From: Chiloscyllium plagiosum | Taxonomy: Eukaryota | Direction: 5' to 3' | Length of the DNA: 33,171 nucleotides | Assembly (NCBI RefSeq): GCF_004010195.1 | Contig: NC_057751.1 | Location: 16,191,880 to 16,225,050 of the forward strand | Shown here: positions 1 through 10,773 of the stretch, piece by piece | Layout: the number at the start of each line of letters is the position of its first letter | Numbering within the stretch: the first letter of the stretch is position 1 | Notes under the pieces: generated by a model | Told to the model about the DNA's origin: nothing | Databases searched by the model: none | The model's input: the letters and a program-made list of their open reading frames with translations, nothing else | Translations under genes and position numbers: made by a program

Positions 1-972
1 GGGAGAGGGGGGACGGCGAGAGTGACTCCTCCGGGGGGGGGCGGCATGGTGTTGGGGAAGGGGGGGGGAGCGAGTGTGCAGAGTCTACCCAATGCCCCCC
101 GGTAACAGGACAGCTCACCGCACCTGTTGCTAGCGTCAGCCCCCGGAGGTGCGCACGTTGGGCTGCCCCACTGAGCCCCGGTCTGGCTGCTGGGTGAGGG
201 AAGGCTATGGCGGGCCTGTGGGTAGGTGACGACGAGGGGCATTATTTTCCGTCAAGCATGTGCACCTCACCTGTTGAGAAATAAGGAGGAAAGTCTCCCT
301 CCCCTCCCCAGGGGAAGTTTCAGCACACCGTTGCTGTCATGTTGCTGCAGGCTGGTGCTGATTGTACATTGCTACGTTAAATTAAAGAATATTTGTGGGC
401 TGGCCATCGCTGGCCACCCGTATGTGTTTGTGTCCCTTCACTGTGTGAATTCACCTTCTCTGCTGAGTCATCCTACAGCTACTTCCCTCTCTAAGGACAA
501 GGGGCAGCAGCTACATGGGGACCCCTCACCGTTCCCGACTCTCAAATATATCAGCCGTTCCTTCAGGGTTCAGAATCCTGGGCCTCCCTTCCTCAGGGTG
601 CTGGGTGGGGGTCCCTACACCCACCCCCAGTTCAAGATGGGGAGCTTCTCCCCACTTCAACAGGGCAATTTTGGTGTGGAAGAAATGGGGAACTGTCCAG
701 GGCAAAGAATTCCAAGGTGTTTGCAGTCTTGAGTGAAGACATTTCTCGTTGCAGTCCTAAATGTCAGCCCCTAAGCATGAGACTGCATGTACCCTCCCAG
801 TTTGAAATTTCCCTGGTTGAGGGGAGATTCGAGGAGTTGGAAGAGGGGTGACTGACCCTGTCAAAATGCCCCTTCACGATTGAATCTTTTTTAAACAAAA
901 CTGGGTTTGGCGGAGTCCAAATGGGCAGAGGTTAAAGCTTTCTGTTTCTCAAGCAGCCAGCAGCTGGACAGG

Positions 973-1610
973 AGAGTTGTAGAGATGTACAGCACGGAAA
1001 CAGACCTTTCGGTCCAACCCATCCATGCTGACCCAGATATCCCAACCCAATCTAGTCCAACCTGCCAGCATCCGGCCCATATCCCTCCAAACCTTCTCTC
1101 TCGTTCTGGACTCCCCCACCCCAGAGAAAAGACTTTGCCTATTTACCCTACCCATGCCCCCTCATGATTTTATAAACCTCTATAAGGTCTCCTCCTCAGC
1201 CTCCGACACTCCAGGGAAAACAGCCCCAGCCTGTTCAGCCTCTCCCTATAGCTCCAACCCTGGAAACAGGTTTGGGAATCTTTTCTGAGCCCTTTCACAT
1301 TTCACAACATCCTTCCGATAGGAAGGAGACCAGAATTGCACGCAATATTCCAACAGCGGCCTAACCCATGTCCTGTACAGCCGCAAAATGACCTCCCAAC
1401 TCCTGTACTCAATACTCTGACCAATAAAGGAAAGCATACCAAATGCCGCCTTCACTATCCTATCTACCTGCGACTCCACTTTCAAGGAGCTATGAACCTG
1501 CACTCCAAGGTCTCTTTGTTCAGCAACACTCCCTAGGACCTTTATCATTAAGTCCTGGCTCTAATCTGCCTTTCCAAAATGCAGTGCCTCGCATCTATTT
1601 ACATTAAACT
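973..1610 (-). mobile_element. CR1-type LINE 3' fragment with internal deletion
   Basis: ORF 1246-1548: QRDLGVQVHSSLK...LYRTWVRPLLEYCVQFWSP is the CR1 ORF2 C-terminal region; 3' tail GGACCGAAAGGTCTGTTTCCGTGCTGTA. Confidence 0.9.
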
Positions 1611-2609
1611 GAGCTTGTGGATGCTTTAATTAATGCCTCCTAACGATATTTGTGAAAGACAGGAAGGTGCAAGGTCGCAGGGAGGAAGTGAAGTGATGGC
1701 CTGGTTCTAGACTCCTAAGACTTAGGATGCCAGCTAACAAACAAGCTGACTTCACTAATGCCACAGACCTGTAGCTGGAGGCTACGGTAATGCAAAGGGT
1801 TAGCTAGATGCTGCTTATATGTTCTGATTCTTCCACTCCGCCCACTCACTGAGTTCCAGAACCCCACCAACCCCACTCTACTCCCCTGTTAGCCAGGTGC
1901 CTTCCGTCTGTGTGGACAGATCACCTCAAGTGACGGCTGGGGATGGGGAGAAAGTGCTGAGCCCAGCCCGTGAATGGCTTTTTAAAGGAGTAATCGCCCG
2001 TGTTGCAAAATGAGCGGGGTGGGGGGGGGTATAACACAATCTGTCGTGCACCACATCTTCCGAAGCGCTTTACGCAGTGTCTGCGATGCCTCAGGGCGCG
2101 TTAAGCATTCATTGGAGTCCGTCTTGTGGGGTGTTGCTGTGCAAACGCCAGGGGATTTCGCAGTGGGTCGTATTAATCCTCTCGTCGGCCGATTTTTTTT
2201 TTCTCTCAGCGGAGGAGCCAGTTCTCGAGAAGCCCCCTTGTTGCAGTGTCAAGTGTGGGGGAGGAAAGCTCACCAAATGTTTGCAGGGTCTGCGGAGGAG
2301 AAGTCAGGTTCCTAATTATCCTCCGTGTCAACCTCTTCGGGGACACGAGAGGGCAAGTGGGGCTTCTAGCCCAGAGGTGGGGACGCTACGCCTTTCAGGG
2401 AAGGTTTAGTTCCATTATTCAACCCTGACAGCGAAGCAATGACCGCACTTATTCCCTGAGCTCTCTGAGACTGGTTGGAGCACTTCCCATCAGTGCCTGC
2501 ATTCAAATCCGCCAACAGTATATCTGCATTACTCGGTATGGTGGGCCCTTGTTATGGTGGAGGGCTTAATGCTGAATTTATGTGTCCTCTTCTGTCCTGG
2601 TGCCCCTCC

Positions 2610-2890
2610 CAGCTCAATCGGTTGTCCCCACACTCACAAACACCCACCCCCTGACGCTCAGTAGCAGCAGTGGGTACCATCTACAAGACGCACTGCAGCA
2701 ACTCACCAAGGCTCCTCAGACAGCACCTTCCAAACCCCACGGCCACTTCCATCGGGAAGGACAAGGGGCAGCAGGTACACGGGAACACGACCCCCTCCCG
2801 CAAGTTCCCCTCCGAGCCCCTCACCGTCCGCGACTCGGAAATGTATCGGCCGTTCCTTCAGTGTCGCTGGGTCAGAATCCTGGGACTCTG
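2610..2890 (+). mobile_element. 3' fragment of a second CR1/L2-group LINE family (other copies ~470-720 +, 4928-5203 -, 31625-31718 +, 32885-33171 -)
   Basis: Shared sequence ACGCTCAGTAGCAGCAGT..ACCATCTACAAGA..CAGACAGCACCTTCCAAACC..AAGGACAAGGGGCAGCAG at five loci; encodes RSVAAVGTIYKTHCSNSP..LRQHLPNP, which resembles a LINE ORF2 C-terminus. Clade assignment is tentative. Confidence 0.65.
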
Positions 2891-3422
2891 AAGATGTGGG
2901 GGACCCAGAGTCGAGAGGGCGATTGAGCAACTTGTATGTCTCCAGAATATATCCTGGTATGGAAAACTGGGAGGGAGTTTTCAGTCACAGCAAAGTGTTT
3001 GTGGATGTGGGCAGAAAATTGATAAATGAACAGGTATTAAATCTTAAAATTAAATCGGAAAATCTCTGTGAAGGGCAGAAGGCTTAACACCATGACTTTC
3101 AGTTACGCAGCAGGGTCGCAGTTTAATGTGTTTGTATTGTAGAGACAACCTCGATTATGCATCGATTAAACTCCCCCTCCACCCATTAGCGAAGAAAGCA
3201 TTTTGGACCAACATTTGCAATTAAAAGCCTTCCCCCCCTCCCCTCGAGTCAATTCTGAGGCTGGGCACTTTGACAAAGTGAGTCACCCCTGCAGAGATGG
3301 ATTAGTGAACAGAGATGTGACCATCTTTGCCTGACTCATTTGGCGGTGTGCCTGCAGAGGGGATTATGGCTGTTGGCGTGATCCTTTGGAGGGGCCCTGC
3401 TGGCTTCTTAATGGCTGTGTTG

Positions 3423-3430
3423 TATATAAA
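3423..3430 (+). promoter_or_regulatory. TATA box of GnRH1 promoter (TATATAAA)
   Basis: TATATAAA at 3423-3430, an initiator-like TCA with A at 3451 (26-28 nt downstream), then a strong donor AAG|GTAAGG at 3480/3481; fits the 4-exon GnRH gene plan with non-coding exon 1. Confidence 0.65.
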
Positions 3431-3450
3431 CGGCCCCTGATCCCAAAGTC

Positions 3451-3480
3451 AGCGCCTGTCTCCTCGTCAGCTCTCGCAAG
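3451..3480 (+). other. gnrh1: Putative non-coding exon 1 (5'UTR) of GnRH1
   Basis: Lies between the TATA/Inr and donor CAAG|GTAAGG. The coding exon has an acceptor (TTTGTTTTTACCGGTCGGCAG|G, 5466/5467) 20 nt before the ATG, which requires an upstream exon. TSS position is inferred. Confidence 0.55.
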
Positions 3481-3780
3481 GTAAGGGAGTTCTGTCAGAG
3501 ACTGTGTCGGGAGAGAGACCGTCTGGTTAACAAAGGGGGTTGGCAAGCAGAGGGGGAAAGTGGAGGGATGTCTCCTCCAGCAGGAAGTGGTGGGGAGGGA
3601 GAACAGATTCATGTTGAAATGGAGAAGGACTGCAGAATTCTGAGGTGCAGGGGGGGGCTGGGTTTCTTGATGCACAAACAGACCAAGCACAGGCAAATGG
3701 GGCCAGTTTCGTTTGGGCTTCCGGTCGGCATGGATTGGTTGGGCCGAAGGGTCTGTTTCCGTGTGTGTGTGACTCAGAGT

Positions 3781-4053
3781 AAGATGTGAAACTTGGAAAG
3801 GGCGCAGAAAAGGAGGGTCTACACTATAGGGAGAGGCTGAACAGGCTGGGGCTGTTTTCCCTGGAGCGNNNNNNNNNNNNNNNNNNNNNNNNNNNNNNNN
3901 NNNNNNNNNNNNNNNNNNNNNNNNNNNNNNNNNNNNNNNNNNNNNNNNNNNNNNNNNNNNNNNNNNNGCAGGTGGGACTAGATTGGGTTGGGATATCTGG
4001 GTCAGCATGGACGGATTGGACCGAAGGGTCTGTTTCCGTGCTGTACCACTCTA
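3781..4053 (+). mobile_element. CR1 LINE 3' fragment (spans N gap 3869-3967) in GnRH1 intron 1
   Basis: YRERLNRLGLFSLE and the CR1 3' tail; an older tail lies at ~3694-3780. Confidence 0.8.
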
Positions 4054-4927
4054 AGTAACATGAAAGTTAGCTTATTGCAAAGGGTAGGTCAAGAGGTCTT
4101 GCTATGAGTTTGAAAGTCATGGGTGAGGTGACTGCTCAGTTCGAACCCTCTCCACTTGCGTCAGACCATTCGAAACATTAAGGTGGTAAATTTGGCCATG
4201 GTTATTTCTCAACCCCAGTCTCCTGCCTTCTCCCCTTACCAACCAAGGGTGGTGGTGGGCGGGGGTCCGTGTTTTGAGGAAAGGTTGTGTTTCAATCCAT
4301 TATCGAGACAGATCCGATCCTGGGAGGGGAGGTGCATGCTGGGAGGCTGAACCTCGGCACAGGGAGCACCATTTTGAAATGTTCAGACAGGGGTGGAGGG
4401 TCGAGTGAGGAGGGATGTCTTCCCTCAGAGCAATAGCTTGGTGTGTGGGAGTTCCTGCTCCATCTGAGAGTGGAGGGGAACTGGATTGCGATCAGCCTGT
4501 TTTAGGTAGCCTCCCTGTCAGCTCGACAAAGGAAGGGCTGAAAAACATTCTATCGAGGTTCGATCCAGTGATGACCGTAAGTTAATTGTGGCTGGAAATT
4601 CTTCTTGACCAGTACAGGAGGCTTTGGAGATCTGAGCTTGTAATGTGCACCTCTGTAAATTAAAACGCTCCGCAAATACATCGGCTCCAGTTCCATCCTC
4701 GACTGCCTGCCTTTCCAGAATAGTCCGGCCAGGAGGCGTCCGTGATTCAGGGAGGTCGGAACGCTTTCTGTGTAGGTAGCTGAACGCTTAAAGGGTTGCA
4801 AGATTAGGCAACACGCATGTTGGAGTAAAATCTCACCCCAGCTTGCAGATTGACGGAGAATTGGGACGGCCGCTGCTGAGGTATCAATCCCCACCATCAC
4901 TCGTTGGAATAAGGCTGATTTATTTCT

Positions 4928-5203
4928 GAGTGAGGGGCTCAGAGGGGAACTCGCCAGGGGGGTGGTGTTCCCATGTACCTGCTGCCCCTTGTCCTTCTAA
5001 ATGGAAGTGGGGTTTGGAAGGTGCTGTCTGAGGAGCCTGGGGGTGGAGGGAGTGGGGGTTTGTGGGTGTGGGGACAATCGAGGGGGGGGCTGCTTTGTCC
5101 CTGGATGGTGTCGAGCTTCTCGAGTGTGGTTGGAGCTGCCCCACCCCCCCCCCATCCAGGGCAAGTGGGGAGTATTCCCTCACACCCTCCTGACTTGGGC
5201 CCC
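4928..5203 (-). mobile_element. Second-family LINE fragment in GnRH1 intron 1
   Basis: MREYSPLA...AAPTTLEKLDTIQ...HSLHP; reverse complement of the 2610-2890 family. Confidence 0.65.
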
Positions 5204-5239
5204 TTCAAATTCTGACGGTTTTAATCAAACAAAGATGGT

Positions 5240-5274
5240 CGCCTGTTAAAGAAAAGACTTTTCTTTAACAGGCG
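5240..5274. repeat. Perfect inverted repeat, 17-bp arms, 1-nt spacer
   Basis: CGCCTGTTAAAGAAAAG-A-CTTTTCTTTAACAGGCG. Confidence 0.95.
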
Positions 5275-5486
5275 GGGTTAGCGAGCTCTTTTTCTTTCCT
5301 CAAAGTGTTTCCGCTCAGCTCAGGGGAACGATGGAACAGAGTCGCGAAACGGTTCCGCCTTTATTTTCGGATTCATGACCACCAGCCGCCATTTTGAGCG
5401 GGGGCGGTGGTTGGGAAGAGAAAAACCGTGAGACACACTGAGGCGTTTGTTTTTACCGGTCGGCAGGTCCGCTCCCTCCACTCACG

Positions 5487-5627
5487 ATGTCGCCTGCAAC
5501 CAAGCCACTGGTTCTCCTTCTCCTGGTGTCCGCCATCTTTGTGAGCCTGTCGCCCGCACAGCACTGGTCCTTCGACCTGCGTCCTGGAGGGAAACGAGAG
5601 GCCGCTGACGCTGTCGTCTTCCAGAAT
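5487..5627 (+). CDS. gnrh1: GnRH1 prepro-hormone exon 2: signal peptide (24 aa), decapeptide QHWSFDLRPG (5559-5588), GKR processing site (5589-5597), start of GAP
   Basis: Translation MSPATKPLVLLLLVSAIFVSLSPA-QHWSFDLRPG-GKR-EAADAVVFQN: hydrophobic signal, QHWS....PG-GKR GnRH signature, Leu7-Arg8 as in GnRH1. Phase-0 donor AAT|GTAGGT after FQN (human exon 2 ends FQE). Exon starts at 5467. DOCK5 synteny supports the GnRH1 paralog call. Confidence 0.96.
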
Positions 5628-5660
5628 GTAGGTACCTCAATTTCACCTGCCCATCGGGTG

Positions 5661-6458
5661 CACCTATCCTGCACATCCCTGGGCACTGTGGGTAATTTAG
5701 CATGGCCAATCCACCCTAACCTGCACATCCCTGGGCACTATGGGTAATTTAGCATGGCCAATCCACCCCTAACCTATACATCCCTGAACACTATGGGTAA
5801 TTTAGCATGGCCAATCCACCCTAACCTGCACATCCCTGGGCACTNNNNNNNNNNNNNNNNNNNNNNNNNNNNNNNNNNNNNNNNNNNNNNNNNNNNNNNN
5901 NNNNNNNNNNNNNNNNNNNNNNNNNNNNNNNNNNNNNNNNNNNNNNNNNNNNNNNNNNNNNNNNNNNNNNNNNNNNNNNNNNNNNNNNNNNNNNNNNNNN
6001 NNNNNNNNNNNNNNNNNNNNNNNNNNNNNNNNNNNNNNNNNNNNNNNNNNNNNNNNNNNNNNNNNNNNNNNNNNNNNNNNNNNNNNNNNNNNNNACCTGC
6101 ACATCCCTGAGCACTATGGGTAATTTAGCATGGCCAGTCCACCCTGACCTGCACATCCCTGAGCACTATGAGTAATTTAGCACGGCCAATCCACCCTAAC
6201 CTGCACATCCCTGAGCACTATGGGTAATTTAACATGGCCAATCCACCCTAACCTGCACATCCCTGAGCACTATGGGTAATTTAACATGGCCAATCCACCC
6301 TAACCTGCACATCTTTGGACTGTGGGAGGAAACTGGAGCACCCGGAGGAAACCCATGCAGACACGGGGAGAATGTGCAAACTCCACACAGACAGTCGCCC
6401 TGAGGCTGAGTCCTTGGCGCTGTGTGGCAGCAGTGCTAACCACTGAGCCACCGTGCCG
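5661..6458 (-). mobile_element. HE1-like V-SINE with internal 52-bp tandem array (5661-6314, interrupted by N gap 5845-6094) in GnRH1 intron 2
   Basis: A-box head GGCACGGTGGCTCAGTGGTTAGCACTGCTGCC at 6458-6425; V-domain; at least 7 visible units of the same 52-mer; no 3' tail. Confidence 0.9.
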
Positions 6459-6663
6459 TCACTCTAATCCCCTTAGCCCATATCCTCCACCTTCCTGACA
6501 ACATTTCCGGCTTCTCCAGTCTCGCCCCCCCCAACTCCTGCCCATCTCGAAAGCCGCGGGCTGTCGATGTTCCCGGGGGAGGGTGGCGTTCCCTCTCGGA
6601 AAGTGCGTGCGCGCGGGTGTCCCACAGCGGCGTCCTGACACTGGCCATCTTGTGCTGTTTCAG

Positions 6664-6741
6664 CCGAGCCGGGAAACTGAACCGGCGTTGCAAGCCAGGA
6701 GGACGGAGATGTTCCCCCCGGACTGCCCCAGCCGCGTCCTG
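6664..6741 (+). CDS. gnrh1: GnRH1 exon 3 (GAP middle: PSRETEPALQARRTEMFPPDCPSRVL)
   Basis: Acceptor TCTTGTGCTGTTTCAG|, 78-nt open phase 0-0 exon, consensus donor CTG|GTAAGT; one Cys, as in GAP1. Confidence 0.85.
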
Positions 6742-6929
6742 GTAAGTGTCGTCCGCAGCGAGCCCTGCCGTCGTCTGGGTCGGGATCGGTCCCGTGCATC
6801 AGTCTAACTCGATCCGATTTATCCGATACTGATCCGAACTTTCCCAGCTGACTTTCTGCACCCCGTCAGTCGCTCTGAGGACTGGGAAACTTTGCAAAGG
6901 ATAGTTGAAGTGAGTGGGGAAAGGTCGGG

Positions 6930-7280
6930 GAGATGGAGTACAATGTGAATAAATGTGGAGTCATCCATCTTGGGAGGAGTAACAGTAACATGAACAGTAG
7001 GAACTTGCGGCACGCCGCTGTGCAGAGGGACCTGGGTGTCCTTGTGCATGAATCTCGGAAGGCTGGTCATAGAGATATACGGCCTGCAGGTACGGCAGGT
7101 AATGAGGAAGGCAGATGGAGCTCTGTCCTCCATTGCTAGAGGGATGGAGTTTAAAAGCAGGGAGGTTATGGTACAGGGAGCTGGTGAGGCCACACCTGGA
7201 GAACTGTGTGCAGTTTTGGTCTCCACACTTGAGAAGGGATGGACGGGCACTGGAGGGGGTGCAGAGGAGATTCACTGGGT
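6930..7280 (+). mobile_element. CR1 LINE fragment (diverged) in GnRH1 intron 3
   Basis: MEYNVNKCGVIHLG...QRDLGVLVH...[15 protein letters not shown]...VQRRFT across frameshifts. Confidence 0.85.
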
Positions 7281-7577
7281 TTGATTCTCCCCCCCCCACC
7301 CAAAACTACCCTGCCCCCCCCATCCCACCTGTTCAGGGCGGGATACTGGCTGATCTGGCGAAATCCAGAAAAGGTTTTCCCTGATGTCCACCTCAAGCCG
7401 AATTTGAAGTTGATTTTCTGCCTTCAGATTGAGCCTACTTGCTGGGGAATGCCTCCTTTCCTCTCAGAGCTGGAGGTAGAGGAGCAGGAATAGAGGGCAT
7501 TGAATAGGATCATAGGTTGACCATCGACCTCACCTCACCGCTGAACCCGCCCCCCTCACCTGCGGTTTTCCCTCTAG

Positions 7578-7610
7578 GCAAAACTTACGCCAAGGATGAA
7601 GAAACCGTGA
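7578..7610 (+). CDS. gnrh1: GnRH1 exon 4 coding part (AKLTPRMKKP*)
   Basis: Acceptor GGTTTTCCCTCTAG|, 10 codons then TGA (7608-7610); ends in KK-x like human GAP (..QKKI); AATAAA 82 nt downstream. Total precursor 83 aa. Confidence 0.8.
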   Translation, partial: AKLTPRMKKP

Positions 7611-7691
7611 CGTGGAATTGGAAGACGCCTTCGATGGTTGATATCTGGTCCATTCGGCAACGTTTACCGGGTTCCTGACCCCTCAGAAAGG

Positions 7692-7697
7692 AATAAA
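7692..7697 (+). terminator. GnRH1 polyadenylation signal AATAAA
   Basis: AATAAA after a short 3'UTR, followed by GU/U-rich downstream sequence (TGGTTTCTGTGCCTTTT). Confidence 0.75.
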
Positions 7698-7937
7698 ACA
7701 TTTTGGACTCTGGTTTCTGTGCCTTTTATTAATTCACACAAATGCTCCCCCCCAACTCCGTGGGGAAGGAGTTCTTTGGACTGCACTCACAGGAAGCTGG
7801 GAACTTGGGCAAGATTGGCCATTCTGCCCATCTAACCTGCTGTGCTCTACGACTGACCCTCAATCTCGCCGCCGCACTCCCCGCGCTCTCTTTCCCCTCA
7901 CAGCCTTTAGAAATTGATCTCATTCCACAGTCTGAGA

Positions 7938-8300
7938 GCCACAGAGACGTACGGCTACGCAAACAGACCCTTCGGCCCAACTCGTCCATGCCGACCCAGA
8001 TATCCCAACCCAATCTAGTCCCACCTGCCAGCACCTGGCCCATATCCCTCCAAACCCTTCCTATTCATATACCCATCCAAATGCCTTTTAAATGTTGCAA
8101 TTGTACCAGCCTCCACCACATCCTCTGGCAGCTCATTCCATACACGTACCACCCTCTGTGTGAAAAAGTTGCCCCTTAGGTCTCTTTTATATCTTTCCCC
8201 TCTCACCCTAAACCTATGCCCCTCTAGTTCTGGACTCCCCAAACCCCAGGGAAAAGATGTCTATTGACCCTATCCATGCCCCCTCGTGATTTTATAAACC
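7938..8300 (-). mobile_element. CR1 LINE 3' end
   Basis: GHRFRVRGERYKRDLRGNFFTQRVVRVWNELP plus 3' tail. Confidence 0.9.
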
Positions 8301-9449
8301 TCGATGAGGGGAGGCAATAGCCGAGTTGTCTGACTGCTGATCCCGAGACCCAAGTAATGATATGGGTCCCACTTTCCCCACACTAGGCCCGAAGCCTGTG
8401 GTGGGTTGGGGAGACAGAGGCAATGGGTTTGGTCGAAGGTATGGATCTAGCAGCTTAGAGGGAGGTGAGCAGCCGAAGGCACGGCCTCCGATGGGGAAAC
8501 TGGGGGAGGGAAGGAAGTCACTGACACCCCCGGAGGGTTTCGGAGTCTCCTCGAGCCAGGGTCAGAGAGCACGCGCTGTGTGACGACGAGGGATGGCAAT
8601 GTTAAAAGTGAGGTCTCGCCAGACGTCAAGCCAATGGCGGTCATTGCTTTTAGATTAGATTCCCTACAGCGTGGACACAGGCCCTTCGGCCCAACAAGTC
8701 CAACACCAACCCTCCGAACAAGCTACCCATTACCAGTCTCAGACAGCAACCCTGTTGTCACACGGTCTCATCTGAGCATTGAATTAAATGTCCCCTTGTT
8801 TATCCAGCTCTGCGATTGTAAAGAAACACCTCAATTGTTCATTTGTGAATCAACCTGCTATTGCCTGAGTTAGTTAAGGTCTCGCTGCGGCCTACCCCCC
8901 CCCCCCCCTTTCCCCAGTGATTGAGAAGGTTAACTCCGTTAGCAGAGGTAACTCTGTCAGAGTCACATAGAACATAGAAGAATACAGCGCAGTACAGGCC
9001 CTTCGGCCCTCGATGTTGCGCCGATCCAAGCCCACCTAACCTACACCAGCCCACTATCCTCCATATGCCTATCCACGGTGCTGGACTTTAGTGACAGACT
9101 GGACAGCATGTGTCCAGGTTCACTTCTGCGGATTGAGGAGTTAATTCGGGGGAGGATTACTGCCGAGGACGTGTGGGTTGTTATTTGACACGTCTTTCGA
9201 CCTCGTTCCCGCTGTGGTGTTCGGAAGGCCAAGGCTTTCGAGGCTGGAAGATGTGGGAATCGAAATCAGAATCCGGTCAGCGGACCTGCTGCTGGGTTTG
9301 ACTCAGAGAGTCACTTCCAGCGTGAAAACAGACCCTTCACACGGCCCAACCAGCCCATGCTGAACATAATCCCCAAATTAAACTAGTTCCCCCCAGCCTG
9401 CTCCTGGCCCATATCCCTCTAAACCTTTCCACATGGTCCAGCACTTCCT

Positions 9450-10773
9450 CGATGCTCTCAGAGTGGAGGCCTGTGGCCAGTGGAGTGCCACAAGGATCGG
9501 TGCTGGGTCCACTGCTTTCCGTCATTGATATAAATAGTCATGGAGATGTACAGCATGGAAACAGACCCTTCAGTCCAACTCGTCCATGCTGACCCAGATA
9601 TCCTAAATTAATCCAGTCCCGTTTGCCAGCACCCGGCCCATATCCCTCCAAACCCTTCCTATTCATATACCCATCCAAATGCCTCTTAAATGTTGCAATT
9701 GTACCAGCCTCCACCACTTCCTCTGGCAGCTCATTCCATACACGCACCACCCTCTGCGTGAAAAAGTTGCCCCTTTTATATCTTTCCCCTCTCACCCTAA
9801 ACCTATGCCCCTCTCGTTCTGGACTCACCCACCCCAGGGGAAAAGACTTTGTCTATTTACCCTATCCGTGCCCCCTCATGATTTTCTAAACCTCTATAAG
9901 GTTACCCCTCAGCCTCCGACACTCCAGGGAAAACAGCCCCAGCCTGTTCAACCTCTCCCTGTAGCTCAAACCCTCCAATCCTGGCAACATCCTTGATTTG
10001 GATGTGAGCATAAGAGATACAGTTAGTAAGTTTGCAGATGACCCCAAAATTGGAGGTGTAGTGGACAGCGAAGAGAGTTACCTCAGATTACAACAGGATC
10101 TTGANNNNNNNNNNNNNNNNNNNNNNNNNNNNNNNNNNNNNNNNNNNNNNNNNNNNNNNNNNNNNNNNNNNNNNNNNNNNNNNNNNNNNNNNNNNNNNNN
10201 NNNNNNNNNNNNNNNNNNNNNNNNNNNNNNNNNNNNNNNNNNNNNNNNNNNNNNNNNNNNNNNNNNNNNNNNNNNNNNNNNNNNNNNNNNNNNNNNNNNN
10301 NNNNNNNNNNNNNNNNNNNNNNNNNNNNNNNNNNNNNNNNNNNNNNNNNNNNNNNNNNNNNNNNNNNNNNNNNNNNNNNNNNNNNNNNNNNNNNNNNNNN
10401 NNNNNNNNNNNNNNNNNNNNNNNNNNNNNNNNNNNNNNNNNNNNNNNNNNNNNNNNNNNNNNNTGGGGTGGGGGAGTCCAGAACTAGAGGGCATAGGTTT
10501 AGGGTGAGAGGGGAAAGATATAAAAGAGACCTAAGGGACAACGTTTTCACACAGAGGGTGGTACGTGTATGGAATGAGCTGCCAGAGGATGTGGTGGAGG
10601 CTGGTACAATTGCAACATTTAAGAGGCATTTGGATGGGTATATGAATAGGAAAGGTTTGGAGGGATATGGGCCGGGTGCTGGCAGGTGGGACTAGATTGG
10701 GTTGAGATATCTGGGTCGGCATGGACGGGTTGGACCGAAGGGTCTGTTTCTGTGCTGTCCATCTCTATGACTA
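9450..10773 (+). mobile_element. CR1 LINE (RT core to 3' tail; N gap 10105-10463) interrupted by an inverted CR1 at 9536-9994
   Basis: SGVPQGSVLGPLL..IN (to 9535) resumes as DLDVSIRDTVSKFADD at 9995; 3' end and tail at 10464-10773. Confidence 0.85.
9536..9994 (-). mobile_element. 5'-truncated CR1 LINE nested in the opposite orientation
   Basis: RMLPGLEG... through GHRFRVRGERYK..NFFTQRVVRVWNELP to the 3' tail at 9536. Confidence 0.88.

Noticed and set aside
1..3200. KCTD9 3' exons expected upstream of GnRH1 by synteny
   Set aside because: No pentapeptide-repeat or KCTD9 C-terminal coding sequence recognised; probably outside the window.
5487..5747. Single-exon 86-aa GnRH ORF from the track
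   Set aside because: Beyond 5627 it reads through a splice donor into SINE-derived repeat; proper exons 3 and 4 exist downstream.
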